A DNA stretch of 64,000 bases from Anthoceros angustus. Lineage: Eukaryota; Plantae; Anthocerotophyta. Positions 35,170 to 47,480 of the stretch are shown here, in pieces (position 1 is the first letter of the stretch; every line of letters starts with the position of its first letter). Under the pieces are notes generated by a model. It had not been told where the DNA came from. It worked only from the letters and a program-made list of their open reading frames with translations, and ran no database searches. The position numbers and the translations under genes are program-made. The stretch covers positions 3,162,001-3,226,000 of the forward strand of contig VJWM01000025.1 in the NCBI GenBank assembly GCA_010909165.1, in the 5' to 3' direction.

Positions 35170-35900
35170 GCATAGGCAGGTACGTAGCAAACCCTTCTTT
35201 TAAATTCTTCCATTGCTTGACCCACTCAAGCTCGTCCTTGCTCTTGAATAGGAAAGGAAGCAGGTTCCTGGCTTATAGCCAGCCTTCCGATTCGCACCGG
35301 CTTCTTTATCTACTACGATGACGTTCCGCTTGGTCTTGGTCCAACCTCTGGCCTGTTCTCTCACGACTTGCAGCTGTGGCGCCCCTCTCGACGACTTTGG
35401 GACCCACTTAGCTCGCTGTCCAATAGGATTGCTACACGTGATGCAATCCGAGACGTCATGTTCTCCATTGCCAAGGAGAGAGGATTCTATCCTTTCAGGA
35501 AGCGCCCATATCGACATTTCTCTTAGGGCTGACCTATCTCTGACGCAGGGGGACCCGATCTTTGTTGTAGATGTGGTTGTAACAGACCCTACTCGAATAC
35601 TGTTTGTGAGCATATCATCATCAACCCTCCGGGTTGGATGGCAGAGGGATGCGCTATAGCCAAGGTTCAGATGTACACCCCCATCCAGGAAGGCCATGCT
35701 TTCATTCCCCTTGCTGTTGAGGCACACAGGGGCATGGGCAAGGACTTCTCGAGGTTTATCAAGGCTTGTACTAAAGCATACTACATCTGCAAGAAAATGA
35801 TAGGTCTCCCTCTTTCTTGTGTGGTGACTTTCTTCCGGTAACGAGTATCCATTGCTTGGCAAAGAGCATTGGCAAATGCAATTTTCAGGACAACTTTGAA
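35170..35900 (+). mobile_element. 5'-truncated, decayed non-LTR retrotransposon of the RLE (CRE-like) type: zinc knuckle + restriction-like endonuclease
   Basis: FRLVL..TCSCGAPLDDFGTHLARC (CxC..D..G.H...C), ATRDAIRD, RADLSL..VVDVVVTDP, AKVQMY, FIPLAVEAHRGMG, RVSIAWQRALANAI across frameshifts; typical order of RLE motifs. Confidence 0.8.
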
Positions 35901-36102
35901 CGCGGGGAATGTAGCATCGTCAGCTTTGGTGCATAGTAGGCCTTCCTTATTCTAGACTATGACATCTTGAGAGCGGTAGGTAGCTTTAGAGTAGACGTTC
36001 GAGGGGCCTAGTCCCCCTTGGCCTGAGGCCCTCTAGAAGGTTGTTCCCCATTGCCCCAATGTAGATGGGACTTCCCATCTCTACATATTTATAAAGTCTA
36101 CA

Positions 36103-36105
<3 letters not shown>

Positions 36106-36186
<81 letters not shown>
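36106..36186. repeat. Compound microsatellite (TC)n(TA)n
   Basis: Directly visible. Confidence 0.98.
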
Positions 36187-36188
<2 letters not shown>

Positions 36189-36480
36189 CCAACTCTCGAG
36201 CAAGAGGGTGCATATATACCATCTTGGGTGCATATATATATATGCACCCAAGATGGTATGTTCCATGCATTTTGTAGGGACGATAAAGCAATAAATGCTT
36301 GCTCGGTAGGGAGGATAAAGCAATAAATGCCTATGAACCTAGTCAACATTAAGATGTAAGTCCTTTTAGAGTTAAGAGGCCCTTTAAGATAGCTTTGAAA
36401 AAGTTCCATAATTATCATGAACTTTTAGATATATTTCATGTACAATATAAATTTTCACTGACAATGGCATTTGAACCCAT

Positions 36481-36585
36481 ACTCTTTTAGACCAAAGATA
36501 GGGTCTAAGAACTCATACCCATTTAGACCAAAGATAGGTCTAAGAACTTATACCCATCTAGACTAAAGATAGGGTCTTAGACCAA
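36481..36585. repeat. Tandem repeat, ~36 bp x3
   Basis: actcatacccatttagaccaaagatagggtctaaga variants. Confidence 0.8.
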
Positions 36586-38146
36586 CATAAACATAACAAT
36601 AATTATATTTATATCCAATCGACTCATCTATATCAATCTATAGTTAGTTAAATTGCAATAAAAAAACCTACATTTAGTATCTTATATAAAAATAAAATAA
36701 TTATTATAATTATCTATATTTTTTATAATTCATTGATGTCTTTAAATATTAATCATGACTTAGAGATCCTTTTCTTCCACTAGGCGATGATGCTGTTAGG
36801 GTAATGAGTGTTTGAACTGGAGTTTGGTATATAAGGTGACATACGAGCCAACAAGATGACACGAGACAACTTAGCGAACACCACGTAGCAGTGAAGCTGA
36901 GGCAGGCAGGCAGGCGGGGTCCTGGCGCACAAGCACGCAATAGCAACGAAGGAGGAGCTGTGGGAGGAGAAATTGGAGTGCAGGGGACTGAGCGTGGGCA
37001 CCTTCCGCTTGGCTGGCTCGCAGGGCCAAATCTCGCAACAGCAAAATTGGCGGAGGGAGCAGGGCATTGGAGAGCAGGAAGCGGTGGTTGATGCATGGCC
37101 GGTGGAAGAGGACACACAGAAGGAGCGTGTGAGACTGTTGCGAGGCTGCAGGCAGGCCTGTCTCGGCCCGGCCGAGGGATACAGCGCAGCCGGCGTGAGG
37201 AGTGTCATGTGACGAGAGCTGGGGGAGGAAGGAGGGTGAGGGAAGGAAGGCGAGGGTGAAAGACAGGCAGACAGACGAGTGTGACGAGGGTAACGTGTGA
37301 CGATCCGGGTCCGGGGGGGCGGAGGGTGGGGGGGTTTGGGCTGGAGCTGAGCGTAGAGGGAGGCTGTGTGTTGTGAGTGCGTTTGAAGCTCCTCTGACTC
37401 TGCTTGTTTGGATAGGGGAGTAGGAATGGAATGAACGGGATCTTGGGTTGCCTGCCTCCACAGGTTTCTGCTCCTTCTGCGGTCGGGTGGAAGTGTAACC
37501 GGTCTGCGGAATGGAGAGATGAGTTGAAGTTGTGGATTCCTTTTCTGGACATGATCTTGATTCTGCAAGCTTTCTTGCTGGGATTTGACGTTGAAGCTAT
37601 ATGTGTTTAGTTTGTTTGTATGTGTGTGTGTGTGTTTGTGGGTTGCAGCTGCATCTTGGTAGTTTTTGTCCCAGCCACATTTTTCTCCGCTGTCAGAATC
37701 CGAGGCAGCGGAGTTGGGTGTTTTTGCTGTCCTGCGGGGTGAGGATGGTTGTGATTGAGTCACCAAGTTGTTGTTCCCCGGGCCTCTCTCCCCTGTTGTC
37801 GTCCTTGTCAATGGTTTCTGGACAAATGAAGGTGAGCTTGCTGGCTCTTTCTTGGCCCATGGCTGTCCACCCAGAGGGAGTTGACTGTTGGAGTTCTTCT
37901 AGTTTTTTGAGACAAGTGGTCACCCTGTGTAGCCTGTTCTTGCTGGGAGCGGGGGCGGGAACTGCAGAGCATGAATGTAGGACGTGTTTGTGCAGGAAAG
38001 AGGAGAGCGAGAGAGTGAGGAAGAGCAAGCGTGAGAGAGAGAGAAAAGTAGAGAGAAGAGTAGAAAGAATAGAGGCTGGACCGTGCTTGGCAGGCACCAC
38101 GGTTTGAAGACGCTGAGAGAGAAGTGCTCATTTTTGTTTGATTTCC

Positions 38147-40743
38147 ATGCCCATGGCAAACGCCTCCGGACCGAATGTGAAGATGTCACTCGGCTCCCGA
38201 AAGCTTGTGGTACGGGACTTGAACTTCCCACTCTTTTGTGGCCAGTGACTTGAGTTCCAATTTCACACGGTCCACGGTTTACTTTGGATAATTTGGTTTT
38301 GCTGTACATTTTTCAGGTGCTAGGGATTCCATGGGATGTTGACACGGAAGGACTTAGACAGTACATGAGCAAGTATGGGGAACTGGATGACGTTATTGTC
38401 ATGAAGGTAGGAGCAAGACTGGTCTTGGTTGTCTGAATTGTGTCTTGATATGGTTTTAGGTTGGCTATGACTACTCTTTTCTGAACAATTGATCACTACA
38501 GGACCGGGCTACAGGTCGATCCCGTGGTTTTGGTTATGTCACTTTTACTGCAACTGAAGATGCTGAGGTATGGTCCCCTCCTCCCTCCCCTCCCTCTGCT
38601 TCCGCTTAGATGCTTGAGATATCGGTGGTGTACACAAGCGATCCAATTATCCATGCGCTTTGGTGGCAGAAAGCTGTGGCAGCTCAGCACTCATTAAATG
38701 GCCGGATGTTGGAAGTGAAGGTGGCAACACCTAAGGTGAGGCACACTGCCCTGCCAGATATATGCTACCCTGTTCTAAGTCAAATGGATGCGGACAAGTA
38801 CTTGATAGGATGTGGAACGTGTCTTGCGATCGAAGGCTTTGAGAATCTGTCGTCAATGACAAAGCTTTATGAGCCGGCTGATAACTTCCAAACTCCCTAA
38901 CAGGGTTCCTTGCTTTTTCTTCAGGAGGACATGAAGCCACCTTCAAAAAAGGTCACCCGCGTATTTGTAGCCAGAATTCCGCCTAGCGTGACTGATGATG
39001 TCTTCAGAGCGTAAGAATGGTCCTGTCATTATGGCAACTGTTTGGCTTGACGGAATGTCCTGACAAGAATTCCTTTTAAAGAGAGCTTTCAGTTTGGAAT
39101 TGTTGGAACTTGGCACTTGGTATGGTTGAAGCTTGTTGTATAGTTGTCAGAATGGTCTGAGGGATGTGTCTTTCTTTACGAATACATGTAGCTTCTCCCC
39201 TTGACAGCTTGTTTTGAATGTATAATGCACCTTAGGTACTTTGAAAAGTATGGAACTCTCACTGATGCATATATGCCCAAGGTAGGCTCTTCTGCCCTGA
39301 TGCTCTGTTTTTCTTCCTTGTGTCTATGAGCATAGTGCTGGAACTGACAAAATAGGGATGTTGCTGGCAGGACCAAGGATCCAAAGCCCATCGTGGAATT
39401 GGATTCGTTACTTTCGAAAATTCAGGTGATGGAGCACGGAGGATAAGTTACTTTGTGTCACCTAGTTTTTGGCGCGTCTGAGGTCAGAGTGTGTGTGCTG
39501 GACTCGACTGACAGTGGTCGTGCTGCAGATGCTGTGGATAAGCTTATGTCAGAGACGCATGAACTAGGAGGCTCTACGATTGCTGTTGACAGGGCGACTC
39601 CGAAGGTGCGGTTTTGATTCAGTGTTCAGAGTGCCTGGCTGCCTGATTTTGTCTGCTTTTACCATCTTTATTCACAGTTGGTCACCGCAGGAAGAAACCA
39701 TGAAGCTTTGGGGAAGAGGGTTCCCACCTTACGGGGCGTACGGTGTTTATACCAATCCAGCACGGTTTGGTGGTTTTGGAGCGTTTGGGGGTTACGAGTA
39801 CGCAGGTGCTGCAGCCCTTGGTGCTGAATTGGGGGCTGCTGGCATGGGTGCTGCGTTCGGGGCTGGTGGGTGGCCTCCACCACCTCCTGGAAGCATGCTT
39901 GGAGGAGCAAGCATGGGAGTTCCAGGTGGAGGAGCAGGCGGTTATGGTTCTGCTCCTCTCCCAGCACCTAGAGGATTGGGAACAAAAATATTTGTGGGCA
40001 GGCTTCCTCCAGAAGCAACTGCAGAGGACCTGCGACGCTATTTCAACAATTTTGGCCGCATTGTAGATGTGTATGTACCAAAGGTGAACGCTGTGTGTGG
40101 ATGCTTGAGCTTCTCATGGAACAACGTTGGGTGATATCTGGAGCGCACTCTTAAACGAGTTAACTGGTGTGCTTGGGCCCATGCAGGATGCAAAAAAACA
40201 GTCCCACAGAGGTTTCGGCTTCGTCACATTCTCCGACGAGGGTGCTGCTGAGAGGGTGTCGCTACGAACACACGAGCTCCTAGGACATCAGGTTTGTGAG
40301 CTGCATTGCATTGATGTGCCACTGCACCTTGACAAATGCGTGAGGTGGTCATGTTACGTCGCTGTGTGTTGTTCATCAGATAGCCGTGGATCGTGCTGCT
40401 CCTCAAGACGAAGTCGGTGGGCACCACTCCTATCTGGGTGGCGGAGGGCACGGCTCGGGACCTCCTTCCGGGGGTGCTGGAGGTCCTCTGAGGGGCGGCA
40501 ATGGAGCTCTTCCAGGAGGCGCATACGGCGGACTGCCTGGCAACCTAGACTTCGGCGGGGTATGTGACATGAAACCTCTCTTCCAACGACATGCATGACA
40601 AAGTTTTTGAAGCTGACATGCAATGCCTGTTTTCGCGCGTGCAACAGTGGGGTGGCTACGGGGGCGTGGGACCGATTCCCGCTGGAGACAGCGGACCGGG
40701 GCATCGGTCCTCCAGGCTAGAACCTCGCTACAGGCCCTACTGA
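38147..40743 (+). CDS. Three-RRM RNA-binding protein (At4g36960-like), 12 exons: 38147-38209, 38317-38406, 38502-38567, 38670-38735, 38925-39010, 39236-39281, 39371-39425, 39529-39605, 39691-40083, 40187-40291, 40380-40559, 40648-40743
   Basis: RKLV|VLGIPWDVDTEGLRQYMSKYG, RNP1 motifs RGFGYVTF, RGIGFVTF and RGFGFVTF, VAVDRATPK, KIFVGRLPPEA, C-terminal RYRPY*; all GT-AG introns phase-compatible. Confidence 0.93.
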
Positions 40744-42735
40744 ATCGAGCAAGGCCACGGATGGTGAGGCCGCAGCATTGTTGTATACATACTAGCGATA
40801 ACTTAGGAGACCGATTCCTCTGCCTGCGCTGCTGCTTCGCTCAAAAAACGAAACGAACACCACATATTTACATGTGCCCTAATGCCGTCCCGGGCTTTAA
40901 GCCTGGTACCTAATGGATACTTCCTGCCTTCCCCGCCGCCTGTCCACAAGCCTCGTGCAAGCAAACAAGAGACGTCACGTAACTGCCGGCAGCCATGGAA
41001 GGTCGTAGTGCAGCAGTCACGTCCCGGGGATGTTCGATTGTCGTTGATTGGCGGGGAGGTGAGTTGCGAATCACGTCAGAAAGAGGAAGGAGCAGGTTTC
41101 GCCAGGGAGCGGGGGCCACGCGAGCTGGTGGCGGTTGGTTGCCGGACACCGGACGAGTAAGGCAATTTCGTTTGCCGTTTCCGACTCCGGCCCGGAAGAG
41201 TGTCCGAAATATTCTGCCCAAGTTTGTCTTTGTCGGTTGCATGGACTTGACCCACCCCGAGAAAGATCAGGTGGATCCACGCTTTCATGGCCGGGGCCGG
41301 CCTAACATCTCCACTCTCTTAACTTGTTAAGTACCAAGTCCCATGACGGAAATCCGTCCTTAGTGGACTTCAATAAAATTCTTCTTCTCCTTCTTCTTAC
41401 GGATTAGGGTAGAGGTATTGGTGTATAAGTATGATTAAAAATGATATTTACAGCAGCCCAACACCCTGCATGGCGCCCAGCTGTGTGGAGCGTATAAATT
41501 GGTGGCTGGTGGCCTAGGGGTAGGAGTGTACGCTCGGTCACAATGATTTGATTAGTGTAAGCAGCACAAGTACGTTGGGCGTTTGCGCCCGTCGCCAGTC
41601 GCCCGTCCGGAGCTCGTAACAGTTTCGCCTCCCGCTCGCCATCGCAGCGAGCTGTGGCCTGTGGCTTGTGGCTTGCAAGCAGCGGGGCCGTGCGTGGTGC
41701 GTGAAGGAGTCGGTGGTGTGGGAATGTTGGAAATTCCTGGGCTCTGGAGCGCACCAGCACCGATCGAGCAGACGCGGGACTCGACGTGCACCTTGAAGGT
41801 GTCCTGGTTTTGTAGGCAAGGTGAGTCCCGATTTGACATGCAGACATATGTGTACACACACAGGGCCACGGGTTGCCGTCGGGTGGCCTTGGCTTGGATG
41901 GGGGAGGCGGGCTCCGGGCCGCCTGCACTTCAATTCCCCGCTGCCGCCAGCAACGTCCTTGTCGCGCCAGTTTTGAATCCGTTAACACTCCCGTCCTGGT
42001 GGGTCAGCGTGGCCCAGCCGGCCCGGGGGCATAAATCTGAGAGTCAGCTGCTGCCACTGGCCAGTGTTGCTTCCTTCTGCCAGGGAGCTGTACTCTACGC
42101 TTCCGCTTGCGCTTCCGCCCGCCTTTGCTCGTTTGCTGCTCCATCCATCTTGTCTCCCGTCTGCGTGTCCGGCTTAGCATGCGCCGCTCCCCTGGTTGCG
42201 CTAGCTCTCTCCATTCCTCCATCCTGGTCTCCAGGGCTCGCGCTGTTTGCTGCTGGAGGCTGGACGGTGAGCGATTTGGGAGGAAGCTTGCTCTCCTCCC
42301 GCTGCACCTTCCCCCTTTCCCCCTCCTGCTTTTGCCCGGGGTACCGGTGGTGAGGGATTTGCTGCAAGCATGCAGCGGGGGCTGGATGCCGGCTCCAATT
42401 GCTCGTTTTGCTTGGACTGTGAGGTTTGCAAGTCTGCAGCTGGCTGTCAGTGTGTGCCTGCCTTGACGTTCTGCTTGCCTCGTCCCCCGAGGTGGTGAGG
42501 AATTCACATGCAGCGGGAGGGGGATGAGGGGGATAGCTTGCTTGCTGGTTGTGTCACATGTGCGTGGTTGCAATGCATGCAGGGCTGGCGCTTGAGACCA
42601 CGCTTTGCTTCGTGGAAGTGGTTCACTTTGCTTTGCTTGTTTCTCCTCCAGTGCCTCGTTGCTACGGGTTCTCACATGTGCCGTTCTTTGTCTGTGCGCA
42701 GTGGCCGATTCGTCCGAGGCCAAGGCGAGAATCCG

Positions 42736-44845
42736 ATGGGTGAAGTGGAATGGAAAGTTCCCAAGTCTCTCGAATTCGAGGGGCCCAACGGGGCCAAGGG
42801 AGCCAACGGATCCATAATCGACGGTCCTCTTGACGATGATGGACGTCCGCAACGCACAGGTGCATTGTTACCGCATGCTTTTTCTTTCTGCTCTTCCCTT
42901 GCTCTGCTAGCGCCTTGTTGTGACGACGTGGTGGTTTTGCTTGGAACCAGGAACTACCTGGACGGCTTCTGCGCACGTAATAACAGCAGTGATAGGCTCT
43001 GGAGTTCTGTCGCTGGCATGGAGCATAGCCCAGCTGGGATGGATTGCCGGTCCAATCATCCTCTTGTTTTTCGCTCTCGTCACCTATTTCGCGTCCGTCA
43101 TGCTCACGGAGTGCTACAGGTATCCCGATCCTGTCAGCGGGGCGCGGAACTACACTTACATGGATGCCGTCAGGACCCATCTCGGTAAGAGTACAACCTC
43201 CCTCTGCTTGCTGATCTTAAACATTACTGCCCGCCCGCAACTTGCAGTTATGGTGACCCTCCAACTGGACACAGCCGGCGTACACTTCCCGGACGGCCTC
43301 CCAGGTTTACTCCTCACCTGCACACCCTCACACACTTGTCCCGCCTCTATGTACTCGCAGGAGGGCGGGCAGTCATCTGGTGCGGGTTGGTGCAGTATGC
43401 GAATCTACTGGGCACGTCCATTGGATACACGATCACCTCGTCCATCAGCATGGTGTAAGTGTTATATACCCTTACAGCTCTCGCTTCTCCAAGCCCAGTC
43501 ACTGACATTGCTAAGCATTTCCCCTGTTTTACAGAGCCATCAAACGCTCGGGCTGCTTCCACGCGCATGGACATAACGCGCCTTGCCATGTCAGCAACAA
43601 CATTTACATGATCATTTTCGGATTGGTCCAGATTGTGTTGTCCCAAATTCCAGATTTTGGCAGTATTTGGTGGCTATCGTATCTTGCTGCGGTTATGTCC
43701 TTCTCTTACTCGACTGTCGGACTCGGCCTTGCAGTCGACCGCGTGGTTTGTAAGTTCGCAAATCCTTTCGAGCAGTGTGCTAATTGCAAGCTGGGCATCT
43801 TGGACAATGTGCGTTGATCATGAATCTCACTCTAGTCTGATCTCGTACACTTGCAGCGGACCATGAAGGGAAAGGAACCATCACCGTTGGACAGAACTCG
43901 ACTCATGCACAGGCCACATGGAAGATTTTCCAAGCTCTGGGAAACATCGCTTTTGCGTACTCCTTCTCCATGATTCTTATTGAGATCCAGGTCTGGCTCT
44001 GTTCGACGTCTCAGTTACATCTGCTTTCTTTTCCTTTTTGATGATCCTGCAACTGACATATGTACAAGTGCACGTGTGAACAACTCAGGACACTTTGAAG
44101 TCCAAGCCAGCTGAGAAGAAGGTGATGAAAAAGGCAACCACCATTGGCACCATAGTGACGACCGTTTTCTACATGGCTGTAGGCTTGGTTGGCTATGCAG
44201 CCTTTGGACTGCATGCCCCTGGAAATCTTATGACTGGATTCGGTTTCTATGATCCTTACTGGTTGGTAGACTTCGCCAATGCGTGTATTGTGGTGCACCT
44301 GGTGGGAGCGTATCAGGTAGCTCTTCACCTACTCCTCCCTTTCTGCCTTCCCAGGAATTCAACATGGTGGCAGTTCTCATATGAAGCATCAGTTGTTGAC
44401 ATGTTTCCTGCCATCACAGGTTTTCAGTCAGCCCCTTTTTGCATTCGTGGAGGGCAATGTCTCCAAGAAGTATCCTTTGAGCCGCTTTGTGAACAAGGAG
44501 CATTCTGTGCGCGTTCCTTGTATGGGGAAGTATTACTTCAACTACTTCCGGGTAGTTTGGAGGACGATATACGTGGTTATACTGACAGTCATCTCCATGT
44601 TGATTCCCTTCTTCAACGACGTAATGGGAATCATCGGAGCACTGGGTTTCTGGCCCTTGACTGTTTACTTCCCTATGGAGATGTATATCGTGAAGAAAGA
44701 GATCCCTCGCTGGTCTAGCAAATGGGTCTGGTTCCAGATACTGAGCCTGTTTTGCTTGTTGGTTACCCTTGCTGCTGCTATAGGATCGGTGGAAGGCATG
44801 CTGCAAGATCTTAGGAAGTACAAGCCCTTTCATACAGGGTATTAG
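42736..44845 (+). CDS. AAP: Amino acid permease (AAAP family). Exons 42736-42859, 42951-43184, 43361-43454, 43535-43749, 43857-43990, 44089-44316, 44420-44845
   Basis: DDDGRPQRTGTTWTASAHVITAVIGSGVLSLAW, RNYTYMDAV, SQIPDF, FQALGNIAFAYSFSMILIEIQDTLKS, PGNLMTGFGFYDPYWLVDFAN, GALGFWPLTVYFP; canonical AAP intron positions. Confidence 0.97.
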
Positions 44846-45384
44846 TGAGACCAACAGCACACCCTCAGAGAGGCTGTTACTTTACTATTAATATTATTGT
44901 GCAGCAAACTGGTAAATCCTACAAGCAAGGTTTTGAATCTGTTTATCTTTGGAACATGGCAATGCCATCACTGAGTAAATTATATCTATTATTTGCAAGG
45001 GTTTCACCTATGAAGTGTGTATAGAAGAAGTTGCCACTTTTGCAATCAAGGGTGGTGCCTATTTTGCCCGAGTTTTAGCAGTTTCTTCTTTTCGGTTTTA
45101 GCTTTACATCTTTAACCGGCCGGGGTGTCTCGTGTCTCCCTGAACCAAAGCCGCGGGATCAAACCCTCATAACACGAGTCGTTTCCCTCGTCGTCGACCG
45201 GCACGTAAACTCCAAGGCCAAGTTGCACTGGGTAGACTGTACGCGCAGTTAGACGATCATGCTCGCAGCCAATTTTTAGCTTCGGGAGGGAGGCGGAGCA
45301 AGGGCATTGCCAGCAGATCACCTGGCGGAAGCTGCTTCTGACGGTGAGCCTCTTGCGCAGCCGAGGTAGGAGGGTTTGTCGACA

Positions 45385-45645
45385 ATGCAACCTCCAGCGC
45401 CGCCGCGCAAGAAGGTAACATGGAAGGAGGGCACAGTGGACAACGAGATTCTGGACAGGAAGAAGTACAAGATAACTTGTGTTTTCCACAAGGAACATGA
45501 ATTACACTGCGACAGCAGTGATGAATCAGATGATGAACAAGCAGGGGGCAGCGGTGATGGAGAACAAGCAGGGGGCACAAGGAAGAGGAGGAGGCTACAA
45601 CCTCCTTGCAGCAATCTGCACTGCTCACCTGGTACCACATCCTAA
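45385..45645 (+). CDS. INH3: Protein phosphatase 1 inhibitor-3 (INH3/Ypi1/PPP1R11)-like, diverged, single exon
   Basis: RKKVTWKEGTVDNEILDRKKYKITCVFHK followed by an acidic tract; matches family core KKV[S/T]W...TVDNE...KK.SK.CCIFHK with substitutions. Confidence 0.75.
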   Translation: MQPPAPPRKKVTWKEGTVDNEILDRKKYKITCVFHKEHELHCDSSDESDDEQAGGSGDGEQAGGTRKRRRLQPPCSNLHCSPGTTS

Positions 45646-45899
45646 CTGGAGCCGATAAAAACGCCGTCAAGTAAAAGATGGCCTGCCCTTAGCCAGGCAA
45701 TGTTATGGCAAATCACGGCATGGACTACTTCCAACTGCTTAGTGCGGAATACATTCCTGTAGGCCCACACCAATTGATACTTCTTCAACGAGGGAAGAAT
45801 AAGTAGAAATAAGGTTTTAATATCAAACAAGTGGCCGGAGAGGTGTGCCAGAGAGAAGGCACAGGAGCTTCAACATAGACAAGCGTTCCACCAACCTTG

Positions 45900-47480
45900 T
45901 CAGCTGATACTATCCAAATCGCATCTGCAAAGGATGGTGCTGGTGAAGAGCTTCTTGAAAGGCTGATGCTTGGACTTGGGTACCCGCGTGGAGCCCTTCT
46001 TCCTCCTGCGTCCTCTGCTCTTGCTTCTTCCATCAGATTGCTGCTTGTCAGTAACTTGCTTCTCCGCCAATGAGTCAGAAGCATCTGCCGGGCTTTGCTG
46101 GGAGAGAGGTTCCTCCATGCTGAAATCCTCATGTCCCGAGCTGCTGCCGCCTTTCATGGCATTACGCTTGGAGCTGTTAGATGTGGGCGAGGATACCAAG
46201 CCCTTGGACTTCCTGATGCCAGCAAGCTCCGGTGACTCCTGTTCCCGGAGGCTCTGGTGCATGCTGGTTCCGGAAATGCTCACCTCCTTGGATATGATAA
46301 CTTCCTTGGCCAATACCACATCCTTCATCGTCACGCTCTCATAGTGTGTGCTTTCTTCCTGGACCACATACATGTGACTTTTGGACGAGACAATGCCATA
46401 CTTGAGAGATATCTCCGCAAACTCTGAAGCTACCTTGAGGTTTTCGTCCGCGTACAGGTTCAGGTTGGGCAAGCAAGGTATCACAGGAGACGCGGGGTTT
46501 GAAGGCTGCTTGCTGGATGCCTTCCCCTCTGGGGGAGAATTCAATCTCGATGCCTTCCCCTCTGACACTCGTGGAGAAATGCTCGAGACGCCGGGAGAAG
46601 CATCCTCGCGCAAGCTGACATCCGCACCGGCTTCAACCGCCGGAGAATGCGTCTCTGCATCGTTCACCTCGGGACTCACTTTTCCAGATCTCTGCGGGCT
46701 GCTGCCGCGGGGCAGCATCTTCCCTGCTGCCGGGGACGCGATCTTGGCATCCTTGGGATCATCCGTGCAGACAACGCTCACAAGCCGGCCGCTCTCCTTC
46801 TCCAATGTGAAGAATCTCGTGCTTTTGCCGGAGGGAGACACCTTGATATCCCGATACTCGTCTTTCCGGAGCTCATCCAGCACCAGCGCCTCCTCCTTGG
46901 TCACAAACTGGTACGATCCGCTCATATTCCTGGCGCGCCTCCCGCTCCTCTTCCCGCCGTTCAGCGTGCCTAGGGCTCCGTCCTTGTCCGCCCCTGCTCC
47001 CTCTTCCACCATCCCTTCCTTGCTGAAAAGCTGCTTGAGCGATCCATGACTCTGCTTCATCAGCTGCAACAGGGAGCTCGAGGTCCTCCCCGCCTTGGAC
47101 CTCAGAGGAGCCTGCTCGAACGGCGCAGTCCTGGCTGCGCCACAAACCTCCTCAGCAGGGCCAGCACTTCCAGAGCCAGCCGATGACAGATTTGGTCGGG
47201 ACGAGCCGGAATCAGGCTCGCGCTGAGGAGATTGCGCGGAATTGTAGAGCGGATTGCTCACCAGCTGCGGGCCTGCTGCTGCAGCATTCCCCGGCGCAGG
47301 AGCAGGTCTCCCTGCACCGAACTTGAAGCTGTCGCCGCTCCCGAAGACCTTCCCCGGCACGAAGGTGCGGTGCAGGGAGCGCTTCAACTTCTCCTTCTGG
47401 ATGAGCTTCAGCAGCTGGTGCCGGAAGAGCACTTCCTCATCCGTGAGCGACCTGCCGCCGATCACCAGCCTTACCACCAT
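45900..47480 (-). CDS. Hypothetical 526-aa single-exon protein, largely low-complexity with a C-terminal basic NLS-like tract
   Basis: Long uninterrupted ATG ORF with GC-rich third positions like neighbouring genes; no family recognised. Confidence 0.7.
   Translation of the reverse strand: MVVRLVIGGRSLTDEEVLFRHQLLKLIQKEKLKRSLHRTFVPGKVFGSGDSFKFGAGRPAPAPGNAAAAGPQLVSNPLYNSAQSPQREPDSGSSRPNLSSAGSGSAGPAEEVCGAARTAPFEQAPLRSKAGRTSSSLLQLMKQSHGSLKQLFSKEGMVEEGAGADKDGALGTLNGGKRSGRRARNMSGSYQFVTKEEALVLDELRKDEYRDIKVSPSGKSTRFFTLEKESGRLVSVVCTDDPKDAKIASPAAGKMLPRGSSPQRSGKVSPEVNDAETHSPAVEAGADVSLREDASPGVSSISPRVSEGKASRLNSPPEGKASSKQPSNPASPVIPCLPNLNLYADENLKVASEFAEISLKYGIVSSKSHMYVVQEESTHYESVTMKDVVLAKEVIISKEVSISGTSMHQSLREQESPELAGIRKSKGLVSSPTSNSSKRNAMKGGSSSGHEDFSMEEPLSQQSPADASDSLAEKQVTDKQQSDGRSKSRGRRRKKGSTRVPKSKHQPFKKLFTSTILCRCDLDSIS

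Noticed and set aside
42004-43188. 226-282-aa ORFs around the AAP 5' end
   Set aside because: Overlap the AAP leader and first exons in other frames; low-complexity, no family features.
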